Source of the DNA: Bdellovibrionota bacterium
GTDB taxonomy: Bacteria; Bdellovibrionota_C; UBA2361; SZUA-149; CAZDWZ01
Length of the DNA stretch: 32,000 nucleotides
NCBI GenBank assembly: GCA_046328905.1
Contig: JAXLVP010000001.1
Span: 2,294,815-2,326,814, forward strand
Reading direction: 5' to 3'
The translations under genes were made by a program, and so were the position numbers. The notes under the pieces are model-generated. The model saw only the letters and a program-made list of their open reading frames with translations, was not told the origin of the DNA and did not search any database. Shown here in pieces: positions 8,369 through 16,086 of the stretch. Position 1 is the stretch's first letter; each line of letters begins with the position of its first letter.

Positions 8369-9568
8369 ATGTTCGTACGCAAGTCTCTCGCAGCTGCTGT
8401 CGCCCTTTCACTTTCCGCTCTGCTCTGTCAGGCGGCGGTCGCCGACGATACCACAATCAAGCTCGTGTCCAGCCTGCCGAGAACAGGGAGCGCGAATGCT
8501 CAAACGACGAGCATGGTGAACGGAATCAAGATGGCGATCGACGAAGTCGGTGGCAAAGTCGGATCCTACACTGTGACCTACGAAGATTGGGACGATGCAT
8601 CACCGGAGCGCGGCGCCTGGGATCCGGCGATCGAAGCCGCGAATGCAGACAAAGCCGTAAAGGATCCGGATGTGATGGCATACATCGGAACGTACAATTC
8701 CGGTGCCGCGAAGATCTCGATGCCGAAGCTCAATCAAGCCGGTCTCGCCATGGTCAGTCCGGCGAATACCTGGCCAGGTTTAACGAAGCCGGGTATCGGC
8801 GAGCCGAACGAGCCGAAGGTTTATCGGCCTTCGGGAAAGGTAACGTATTTTCGAGTCGTGCCGGCAGATGACATTCAGGGTTACATCGCCGCCAAGTTTA
8901 GCAAGGACCAGGGAGCAAAAAAGATCTTCATCATTCACGACGGCGAGCTTTACGGAAAAGGTATCGCCCAGATGTTCAAAAAATCTGCCGGCCCTCTCGG
9001 GCTCGACATCGTTGGCTTCGAGCAGATCGATACGAAAGCTTCGAATTATCGCTCGCTCGCGGTGAAGATCAAGCAATACAGCCCGGACATCGTTTACTTC
9101 GGCGGAACGACACAGACGAACGCCGGGCAGCTCGCAAAGGACCTCGTCGCGGCTGGTGTCAGCGGCAAGTTCATGGTGCCTGACGGTTGCTTCGAGTCGG
9201 CATTCATCGACGCTGCCGGGAAGGAGAACCTTGAAGGCCGAGTGTTTATTACCTTCGGAGGTGTACCTGGGGCGCAGCTCACCGGAAAAGGCAAAGAGTT
9301 CTACGAAAATTACAAGAAGCGTTTCGGCATTGAGCCTGAGGGATACTCAGCTTACGGATACGAGTCGGCGAAGGTCGCACTCGATGCGATTCGGCGGGCC
9401 GGCAAGAAGGACCGTGCAGCGATTGTTGACGCGCTCGCCGCAACGAAGGATTTCGAAGGTGCTCTCGGTAAGTGGTCGTTCGATGCGAACGGCGACACCT
9501 CGCTGAAGACCATGAGCGTCAACACCGTGAAGGACGGCCAGTTTGCTTTCGTAAAGCTCCTCGACTAA
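8369..9568 (+). CDS. branched-chain amino acid ABC transporter substrate-binding protein (type 1 periplasmic binding fold)
   Basis: The ORF track starts at 8276, but ATG 8369 is preceded by AGGAGG (8359-8364) and opens a signal peptide, MFVRKSLAAAVALSLSALLCQAAVA. The rest resembles Leu/Ile/Val-binding-family SBPs. It is the first gene of the liv-type operon. Confidence 0.85.
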   Translation: MFVRKSLAAAVALSLSALLCQAAVADDTTIKLVSSLPRTGSANAQTTSMVNGIKMAIDEVGGKVGSYTVTYEDWDDASPERGAWDPAIEAANADKAVKDPDVMAYIGTYNSGAAKISMPKLNQAGLAMVSPANTWPGLTKPGIGEPNEPKVYRPSGKVTYFRVVPADDIQGYIAAKFSKDQGAKKIFIIHDGELYGKGIAQMFKKSAGPLGLDIVGFEQIDTKASNYRSLAVKIKQYSPDIVYFGGTTQTNAGQLAKDLVAAGVSGKFMVPDGCFESAFIDAAGKENLEGRVFITFGGVPGAQLTGKGKEFYENYKKRFGIEPEGYSAYGYESAKVALDAIRRAGKKDRAAIVDALAATKDFEGALGKWSFDANGDTSLKTMSVNTVKDGQFAFVKLLD

Positions 9569-9582
9569 GCGGGGTGCGCGCG

Positions 9583-10545
9583 ATGACTGATCTCGACGTC
9601 TTTTTGCAGCAGCTGCTGAACGGCCTCTCGAACGGGATGATCATCGCGCTGATAGCCATCGGTTACACGCTGGTGTACGGCATTATCGAGCTCATCAATT
9701 TCGCTCACGGCGATTTGGTGATGCTCGGATGCTTCTTCGCTCTCACGCTTGTCGAAAAGCTCGGCCTGACGGCTGATGCCGCGGGCGGCTTTCCCTTCTA
9801 CAGACACCTCGCGTTGATGTTCCTGTTGGTCGCGGTCTTCTGCGGTCTCCTCAACTGGCTCATCGACTACCTTGCCTATCGTCCGCTCCGTGAATCGCCG
9901 AGGCTCGCCCAGCTGGTGACGGCGATTGGCATCTCTTTCATCTTTGTGAACTTCGGGCTCTTCTGGGGTGGAATGCCGCTCAAGGTTTTCAACAACGGCG
10001 TTGCGGCTGCCGCTCCGAAGGATTTTCCTGCACTTATCTCTGCCGATAACCTACTCGGAGACAGTGTCATCCAGTTCGGAATGAAAGACGTGATGGTGTT
10101 TGCCGTTACGGTGCCGCTTCTGATCTTGCTCACGCTCTTCGTGAAATACACGAAGTGGGGGACTGCAATGCGCGCGGTCGCTCAGAGTCCGATCGCGGCA
10201 AAGCTGATGGGTATCGACGTCGACAAAGTGATCGGCTCGACGTTTATCATCGGCGGAGCGCTCGGCGGGGTCGGCGGAGTAATCTACGCTCTCTACAACA
10301 ATACGATCTACTTTCAGATGGGGTACCGCATCGGTATGGACGGGTTTGTTGCCGCGGTCCTCGGCGGAATCGGAAATCTACCGGGCGCTATGCTCGGCGG
10401 GCTCGTTATCGGACTCGTGCGCGCGATGAGCGACCAGTACATTGCAACCCGTTGGACGAGTGTGATCGTTTACGCGATCCTGATCTTAGTGCTGGTATTC
10501 CGTCCCTCAGGTCTGCTTGGCGCTCGTGTGCGGGAAAAGGTCTGA
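9583..10545 (+). CDS. livH: branched-chain amino acid ABC transporter permease (LivH type)
   Basis: Start trimmed to ATG 9583 (MTDLDVFLQQLLNGLSNGMIIALIAIGYTLVYG...), 14 nt after the SBP stop. The LivH/BraD-type N-terminus and multi-TM body are typical. Confidence 0.9.
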   Translation: MTDLDVFLQQLLNGLSNGMIIALIAIGYTLVYGIIELINFAHGDLVMLGCFFALTLVEKLGLTADAAGGFPFYRHLALMFLLVAVFCGLLNWLIDYLAYRPLRESPRLAQLVTAIGISFIFVNFGLFWGGMPLKVFNNGVAAAAPKDFPALISADNLLGDSVIQFGMKDVMVFAVTVPLLILLTLFVKYTKWGTAMRAVAQSPIAAKLMGIDVDKVIGSTFIIGGALGGVGGVIYALYNNTIYFQMGYRIGMDGFVAAVLGGIGNLPGAMLGGLVIGLVRAMSDQYIATRWTSVIVYAILILVLVFRPSGLLGARVREKV

Positions 10546-10549
10546 CCGT

Positions 10550-11581
10550 ATGTCACGCTCGCAAACGTTCCTAGGCAAGCACTCTTACTGGGCGATTCTG
10601 ATTGTCGCGTTGCTGTTACCGCTGCTTGACCTTGTGTTGCCACGCGAGCTGAGCTTTGCCGACTCCCTTCAGCAGATTTTCATCTTTGCAATCCTCGGGC
10701 TCGGTCTGAATGTGGTGACCGGATACACCGGCATGCTTCATCTCGGCGCCACGGGATTCATGGCAATCGGCGCTTATGCGTATGCGATACTGACCTGCGA
10801 CATTTATCCTTTCCAGCTCGGTTTCTTTTCCGCCGCAGGGCTTGCCTTATTGATTGGCGCGTTCGCGGGGGTGATTCTCGGCCTCCCGATCATGCGGCTG
10901 ACCGGGGATTATCTTGCAATCGTTACCCTGGGATTCGGTGAGATCGTTCAGTCGCTTTTGCGGAACGTCGAGACGGTTACCAAAGGAACGCAGGGCATCA
11001 ACCCGCTCCCACCACCGAACGTGTTCGGTTACGAATTCGATCCCGCATTCTACCAACCGAGATACTATCTTTTTCTTCTGATCCTCTTTCTCGTGGTGCT
11101 GCTCGTTCGCAACCTCGAACATTCGAGAGTGGGTCGAACCTGGATTGCAATCCGGGAGGATGAGCTTGCCGGAAAGTGCATGGCGATTCCGGTTTCCCGT
11201 TCACGGCTGTTGGCCCTCGCGGTGGGCTCCGCAATCTGCAGCCTTGCAGGCGCTCTGTACGCGGCATACCTGGGATCGAGCGGTGAGCCGGGCAACTACG
11301 ACTTTCAGATTTCGATTACGGCGCTCTGCATTGTCATCGTCGGTGGAATGGGGAGCATTCGAGGTGTACTGCTCGGTGCTCTGCTCATGGTCGGATTCAA
11401 TTCGATCTTTCTCGTGAAGCTCTCCGAGCTCCTGATGCGCAGGGGGCTCATCCAGAGCGGAAGCGTCTTCTTCAGCCCGAGCAACTGGAAGTTCTTTATT
11501 TTCGGGATGGCGCTCGTGCTCGTCATGCGCCTGAAGCCTGATGGGCTATTCGGGGAGCGAGAGCTGGAGACCGACGCATGA
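10550..11581 (+). CDS. livM: branched-chain amino acid ABC transporter permease (LivM type)
   Basis: Start trimmed to ATG 10550, 4 nt after the livH stop. The LGLNVVTGYTGMLHLG motif is typical of LivM. The stop overlaps the livG start (ATGA, 11578-11581). Confidence 0.9.
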   Translation: MSRSQTFLGKHSYWAILIVALLLPLLDLVLPRELSFADSLQQIFIFAILGLGLNVVTGYTGMLHLGATGFMAIGAYAYAILTCDIYPFQLGFFSAAGLALLIGAFAGVILGLPIMRLTGDYLAIVTLGFGEIVQSLLRNVETVTKGTQGINPLPPPNVFGYEFDPAFYQPRYYLFLLILFLVVLLVRNLEHSRVGRTWIAIREDELAGKCMAIPVSRSRLLALAVGSAICSLAGALYAAYLGSSGEPGNYDFQISITALCIVIVGGMGSIRGVLLGALLMVGFNSIFLVKLSELLMRRGLIQSGSVFFSPSNWKFFIFGMALVLVMRLKPDGLFGERELETDA

Positions 11582-12603
11582 GCCTGCTCGAGCTGAAAAA
11601 CGTTACGTTACGGTTTGGCGGCTTGACCGCTGTGAACGACGTTTCGTTGTCAGTCGCCAAAGGCGAGATATTTGCCGTTATTGGGCCAAACGGTGCAGGC
11701 AAGACCAGCTTGTTCAACACCATCACCGGGATCTACACGCCAAGCGATGGAGAGATTCTCTTCGGAGGGAAAGATGTCCGACGATCCTTCACCGCGAAAA
11801 CGTTCGCGGGGCTCTTTGCAATCACGATTATTACGTTCCTCGGCGCACTACTCTCGTTTCATATCGAGGAGATCTGGGAAGCCGTAGTAATCTCCAACTA
11901 TATTTACCAGGAGCCGTTTCCTTGGTCGAAGGCCGCTGGAGATCTGTGCGAGCTCATCGGTGCGCTCCTCACGACCAGGTTCGATGTGGTGGCATTCGCT
12001 TGCGGTATATTGGGACTGATTGGCGGCGCCGTGGTGTGGCAGCGTTCTCGGCGAAGTCCCGAAGTAGTCGCCCAGTCCGGCGTTTCCCGGACGTTTCAAA
12101 ACATTCGTCTCTTCCAGACGATGACGGCGCTCGAAAACGTTTTGGTCGGGATGGATCGAAATCTCAGGGTCGGCTTCTTCGAAAGCATGCTTCGACTCCC
12201 GCGCCACTTCAAAGAAAAGCGCCAGGCTGTCTCGCGAGCCCGGGAGATGCTGGAATTCGTCGGGCTCGTAGAGTATGCGGGCACAGAAGCGGGTTGCCTG
12301 CCTTATGGCCATCAACGCCGGCTGGAGATTGCGCGTGCTCTCGCATCGGGCCCTACGCTGCTTCTGCTTGATGAGCCTGCGGCGGGAATGAATCCAAGCG
12401 AGTCGGTGGACCTCATGGAGCTCATCAACAAGATTAAGAGCAAAGGGATTACCGTGCTGCTCATCGAGCATCACATGCGAGTTGTCATGGGAATCTCGGA
12501 TCGGATTGCAGTGCTCGATTACGGCAATAAGATCGCTGAAGGCACTCCGGAAGAGATCCGAGCCAATGAAAAAGTTATCTCTGCCTATCTGGGGAAAGCG
12601 TAA
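11578..12603 (+). CDS. livG: branched-chain amino acid ABC transporter ATP-binding protein (LivG type) with internal hydrophobic insertion
   Basis: Walker A GPNGAGKTS, signature LPYGHQRRLEIARAL, Walker B LLLLDEPAAG and the LivG-type C-terminus ISAYLGKA are all present. At 341 aa it is longer than the ~255 aa I expect for canonical LivG. Confidence 0.9.
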   Translation: MSLLELKNVTLRFGGLTAVNDVSLSVAKGEIFAVIGPNGAGKTSLFNTITGIYTPSDGEILFGGKDVRRSFTAKTFAGLFAITIITFLGALLSFHIEEIWEAVVISNYIYQEPFPWSKAAGDLCELIGALLTTRFDVVAFACGILGLIGGAVVWQRSRRSPEVVAQSGVSRTFQNIRLFQTMTALENVLVGMDRNLRVGFFESMLRLPRHFKEKRQAVSRAREMLEFVGLVEYAGTEAGCLPYGHQRRLEIARALASGPTLLLLDEPAAGMNPSESVDLMELINKIKSKGITVLLIEHHMRVVMGISDRIAVLDYGNKIAEGTPEEIRANEKVISAYLGKA

Positions 12604-13317
12604 GTGGCGGAAGCAATGCTCCAGCTCCAAAACGTCTGCGCGGGATACGGACCGATCGATGCGGTGCGCGGTGTGTCGCTCAACGTCTATCCGGGCGAGA
12701 TAGTGACCATTATCGGTGCCAACGGCGCTGGAAAGACCTCAACCCTCATGTGCATCTCTTCGGTCCTCAAGGTCCGCTCCGGCACGGTCCGGTTCGAGGG
12801 GAAGGACGTCACCAACGCTCCATCGCACGAGCTCGTGGGAAAAGGGCTCGTGCAGATTCCGGAGGGTCGCAAGATCTTTCCTCGCCTTACCGTTTCCGAG
12901 AACCTTCGATTGGGAGCGTTTCTCCGCCATGACGCGGGGATCGAGCGCGATCTGGAGAAGGTGTACAGTCTCTTCCCGGTTTTGAAAGACCGCGCTTCGC
13001 AGAGCGGTGGCACGCTCTCCGGTGGTGAGCAACAGATGCTCGCGATGGGGCGAGCGCTGATGAGCCGACCGAAGCTGCTCCTGATGGACGAGCCCTCGAT
13101 GGGAATTGCACCGCTGCTGGTCGAAAAGATCTTCGCTGCGCTTGTCGAGCTGAACCGAGAAGGGCTGACGGTGCTCCTCGTCGAGCAGAATGCGCACCTC
13201 GCTCTCCAGGTCGCCAAACGGGGATACGTTCTGGAAACCGGTACGGTTGTCATTGAAGATTCCGCAGAAGCACTCGCAGCAAACGAAAAGGTCAGGGAAG
13301 CATATCTCGGTGAGTAG
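12604..13317 (+). CDS. livF: branched-chain amino acid ABC transporter ATP-binding protein (LivF type)
   Basis: GTG start immediately after the livG stop. Walker A GANGAGKTS, LSGGEQQMLAMGRAL, LLLMDEPSMG and the C-terminal EAYLGE are present. Confidence 0.9.
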   Translation: MAEAMLQLQNVCAGYGPIDAVRGVSLNVYPGEIVTIIGANGAGKTSTLMCISSVLKVRSGTVRFEGKDVTNAPSHELVGKGLVQIPEGRKIFPRLTVSENLRLGAFLRHDAGIERDLEKVYSLFPVLKDRASQSGGTLSGGEQQMLAMGRALMSRPKLLLMDEPSMGIAPLLVEKIFAALVELNREGLTVLLVEQNAHLALQVAKRGYVLETGTVVIEDSAEALAANEKVREAYLGE

Positions 13318-13471
13318 CCGAGCGACTTTGACTTTTTGCAGTTCACTTCTTAGACTGCTTTCTCTCCGCTCTCTCCACCCCTGATCGAAATCTTCACTTA
13401 CGCCGCACGTGGATTGCCGATGGCATGCGACGAGCGGTGTGAGACAGAGCTCAGGTTCGCCCCGAGAGCAA

Positions 13472-13512
13472 GAAATCCGTTGGTCGTGCTGCTTGTACGC
13501 GCAACGGATTTC
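13472..13512 (+). promoter_or_regulatory. perfect 11-bp inverted repeat (stem-loop) directly upstream of the 13532 start codon
   Basis: GAAATCCGTTG (13472-13482) and CAACGGATTTC (13502-13512) are exact reverse complements separated by 19 nt. The element ends 4 nt before a GAGGGG Shine-Dalgarno-like site and 19 nt before ATG 13532. Confidence 0.4.
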
Positions 13513-13531
13513 AACCTCGAGGGGCACTATC

Positions 13532-14026
13532 ATGGCTGACCAAAAGATACCCTTCACGGACTGCCGGTTGATGACGGCGATCCGGATCGCCGTCAAGTTC
13601 TCCGCGGACTACGGGAGCTGGCTTATCTCCGAGGTGAAACGCGATCGCCCATCGTTCGCTCCCGGGCCGGAACAAGATGGCGACCCCCTCGACCAGTTCG
13701 ATGGATCTGCCGTTTACGGTGTCACCACCCGTCTGGCGTATTTCCTCCAGCACATTCCGATCGTCTATCAATCAGGAGAGGACCGAGACGAGCTGATCGA
13801 GCTGCTCGAGGCCGTTCTGGAACAGATGCACGAGCACCGAGCAGAACGGTCACGGCGAGGTCTGATTGGGGTCGCCTGGTCGGTCTCTGCGAGAGAGATT
13901 GAACGGGCGATCAAGGCGCTTCAGCAGAACGTCCAGATCATCTGCGTGCACAATCCTACTGATGACGCAGAGGTCGCCGCTCCGGTACAGGACGAAACCG
14001 GATTCACTGACGGAGGCGGCATTTGA
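13532..14026 (+). CDS. hypothetical protein
   Basis: The ORF track starts at GTG 13409. ATG 13532 (MADQKIPFTD...) has a GAGGGG site 9-14 nt upstream. The ~164-aa acidic soluble protein matches no family I recognise. Confidence 0.5.
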   Translation: MADQKIPFTDCRLMTAIRIAVKFSADYGSWLISEVKRDRPSFAPGPEQDGDPLDQFDGSAVYGVTTRLAYFLQHIPIVYQSGEDRDELIELLEAVLEQMHEHRAERSRRGLIGVAWSVSAREIERAIKALQQNVQIICVHNPTDDAEVAAPVQDETGFTDGGGI

Positions 14027-14050
14027 AGCTTGGCTATCGTTTGTTCAGCA

Positions 14051-14115
14051 AGCGCGCGAGAACACCATGTTCACAGGTTTCGCCCTGTCTCGCGCGCTTT
14101 CTCATTTCTCTATTT
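14051..14115 (+). terminator. putative intrinsic terminator after the 13532-14026 gene
   Basis: AGCGCGCGAGA (14051-14061) and TCTCGCGCGCT (14088-14098) are exact reverse complements forming an 11-bp GC-rich stem. The 26-nt loop has an inner CAGG/CCTG pairing. A T-rich tract, TTCTCATTTCTCTATTTCC, follows. Confidence 0.5.
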
Positions 14116-14330
14116 CCTAACTGTGCTCGTAACCGGACCTCAATACCGGGTGCCATGTTGAGCGTACCTGAGAGAGTGGGCTCGACGATAGTTCCTGACT
14201 CTGCGGTGCCAAATGAAACCCTTCCGTCCGCGCTCAATCTTCCGATTTTCGACGCTCGTTATGCGCCGAGCTGTCCATTCTCAAAAAGCGCCCTAGGGTG
14301 GGGGCTCGCAGATATGTTATCCCTGGGCGT

Positions 14331-14921
14331 ATGCGCACGCGAATCTTGCCTTCGGGCGGCCAAGGTTTGGCGGAATACATAATCATCGTTCTCGTCGTTG
14401 CACTCGTCGTGTTGGTCGCTGTACGCCTATTCGGTAAAAGTGTCGAGTGCCAGTTCTCCAATGCTGCAGGTCAGCTCGACGAAGGTTCCTACACGCCGTG
14501 CGCAACGAGCGCTCAGCAGGATCCGGAGTCGCCAGAGGCCCCGCCTCCACCACCACCTTCATCTCCCGCGCCGACGTACGCTGCGCCCCCTCCACCTCCG
14601 CCTCCTCCACCTCCTCCTCCGCCGCCGCCCCCACCACCGTCGCCGCCGCCGGCTCCTTCTCCGATAGCGTCGCCCCCTCAGTTTTGCTACGGCAACTACA
14701 CGTGGTCCGGTCCATGCAAATGGAATGGCGCTCTGTGCGAACAGCCCAGCAATAGCTACAAAGTTACCTGCAGCCCGCTCTACTCGACCAGCCCGAGCGT
14801 TGCCAATTCCGCGGGAGGCTTTTGTTACGATTTCAAAGATGCGGCATCGTGCAACTCCGCCGGCAGTCCCCCGAACTACAGCGGGTTCCAGGTAAGCGGC
14901 TGCGAGGAGTTGAGCTGTTAA
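14331..14921 (+). CDS. Flp/Fap-pilin-like N-terminus fused to polyproline linker and Cys-rich C-terminal domain
   Basis: MRTRILPSGGQGLAEYIIIVLVVALVVLVAVRLFG matches the Flp prepilin motif, a G/xxxEY cleavage region followed by a hydrophobic helix. After it come a Pro-rich tract with 18 consecutive Pro and a ~85-aa region with 8 Cys. An alternative GTG start lies at 14298. Confidence 0.65.
   Translation: MRTRILPSGGQGLAEYIIIVLVVALVVLVAVRLFGKSVECQFSNAAGQLDEGSYTPCATSAQQDPESPEAPPPPPPSSPAPTYAAPPPPPPPPPPPPPPPPPPSPPPAPSPIASPPQFCYGNYTWSGPCKWNGALCEQPSNSYKVTCSPLYSTSPSVANSAGGFCYDFKDAASCNSAGSPPNYSGFQVSGCEELSC
14541..14668 (+). repeat. CCN low-complexity tract encoding a Pro-rich linker (18 consecutive Pro codons at 14586-14639)
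   Basis: Direct reading gives PPPPPPSSPAPTYAA-P18-SPPPAPSPIASPP. The proline codons used are a mix of ccc, cct, cca and ccg. Confidence 0.95.
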
Positions 14922-14951
14922 ATTTTCAGTCGCGGCGACCTGTGGTTTGGG

Positions 14952-15329
14952 TTACGCACGCTCACGCCGATTTTCCATGATGTTCGCAACAACTGAACAG
15001 AGAAGGGCGGCACCGAAAGCGGTTGCGGTAGCTACATCCACCCAGTCTTCGTTCGGATGAATGCCGAACATCCGGATGGCGAGATACGTTATGTAAGAGC
15101 GCGGCAGATTTTGGTTACCGAGCCTTTCGAGAACCTGCCAATGCCAATCGGTGAGCGGGCAGTAGCCGAGCCCATACCAGTAACCGAGCGCTGTCCACGA
15201 CAGGCCTGTTGCGAGGAGTGCGAACAGATTCAAGCGACGTGTTAGGGGGACTACCCAGCCGAAGAGATTAAAGGCGATGAGAGCCGTGTGCGCGGTGAGG
15301 TAGAAATAGTCCCAATGTTCAAGTGTCAT
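14952..15329 (-). CDS. DUF2784-like small membrane protein
   Basis: 125 aa with 4 hydrophobic segments and a central GYCPLTDW motif, as in DUF2784 proteins. This is from memory only. Confidence 0.6.
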   Translation of the reverse strand: MTLEHWDYFYLTAHTALIAFNLFGWVVPLTRRLNLFALLATGLSWTALGYWYGLGYCPLTDWHWQVLERLGNQNLPRSYITYLAIRMFGIHPNEDWVDVATATAFGAALLCSVVANIMENRRERA

Positions 15330-15396
15330 TGCTCAAGGTCGCGGCTCTGGGTAGATCAGATCGGGTGCCCAGCTTTAAAAAATAATAGCCGAAGCC

Positions 15397-16056
15397 ATGA
15401 AAACAAGAAATCTGCGCTTACTCTCACCATTCCTGTTGAGCATAGCACTTACCTTTTTACGCGTTTTACCGGCCGCATTCGCAGCCAGAATGCCGGATCG
15501 GGTGCAAAAAGAATTCGTCATTGTCGGTAGCGAAGCTCTCGAGCTGGCATCCGCGCTGGGGATCCCGTCGGATCAGTCGGGCGACTACTCATTTCCGTGG
15601 GAAGAGAACACTTCGGAGTGCTACCAGGTCGGCGGAGGATTCGCGCGTTGCGATACGAGGCCGACGCCGGTGAACACAGCTCATTTTCAGCCTGGAGAGG
15701 TGCCCCGGCTCACCTTTTCAGGTACTTGGTTGGACACGCGCACCGGAAACGGGAACGACACTCCGGCCTTTCAGTTCAGCCGCCGCTTCAATGATAACAA
15801 GCCGCTGGTGGATTCGTGGGCTGCCGTGTGGCGCTCCTCGGGTGAGAAGCTGCGCGCCGCGAAGAATCACCGGCTCGAGCTGTTCTCTCAGTCTGCCGTG
15901 CTCGCCGTCATCGAGATGGGCGAAATCACGTCTGACCGCTGGCTCACTATTGGGCTCGATGACCGCGAACCGGCGCTGCGCAAGCAGTCCGCAGAGGGAT
16001 ATGAAAAGTGTCTGGAATATCACCGCCGGCACCCGGATCTCGATAGCGGTTGTTAA
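15397..16056 (+). CDS. hypothetical secreted protein
   Basis: 219 aa with an N-terminal signal peptide (LLSPFLLSIALTFLRVLPAAFA|A). No family recognised. Confidence 0.55.
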   Translation: MKTRNLRLLSPFLLSIALTFLRVLPAAFAARMPDRVQKEFVIVGSEALELASALGIPSDQSGDYSFPWEENTSECYQVGGGFARCDTRPTPVNTAHFQPGEVPRLTFSGTWLDTRTGNGNDTPAFQFSRRFNDNKPLVDSWAAVWRSSGEKLRAAKNHRLELFSQSAVLAVIEMGEITSDRWLTIGLDDREPALRKQSAEGYEKCLEYHRRHPDLDSGC

Positions 16057-16086
16057 CGCTGGGGTGACCGCCGGCCCGCCGCGAGA

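Noticed and set aside
8203-8382. Long N-terminal extensions in the ORF track for several genes: the Kazal lipoprotein from 8382, the SBP from 8276, livH from 9472, livM from 10517, aguB from 18335 and ade from 19941.
   Set aside because: Internal ATGs with Shine-Dalgarno-like sites give family-typical N-termini or signal peptides and remove implausible gene overlaps. The extensions are most likely untranslated.
11848-13596. Long minus-strand ORFs (11848-12630, 12687-13346, 12739-13596) opposite livG and livF.
   Set aside because: They lie antisense to genes with unambiguous ABC ATPase motifs, and their translations are low-complexity and Arg/Ser-rich.
14023-14461. Small ORFs (14023-14382 plus strand, 14034-14237 minus strand, 14234-14461 minus strand) between the hypothetical gene and the Flp-like gene.
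   Set aside because: They overlap the terminator hairpin and the Flp-like gene start, and have no RBS and no features. The region is better explained as terminator plus promoter.
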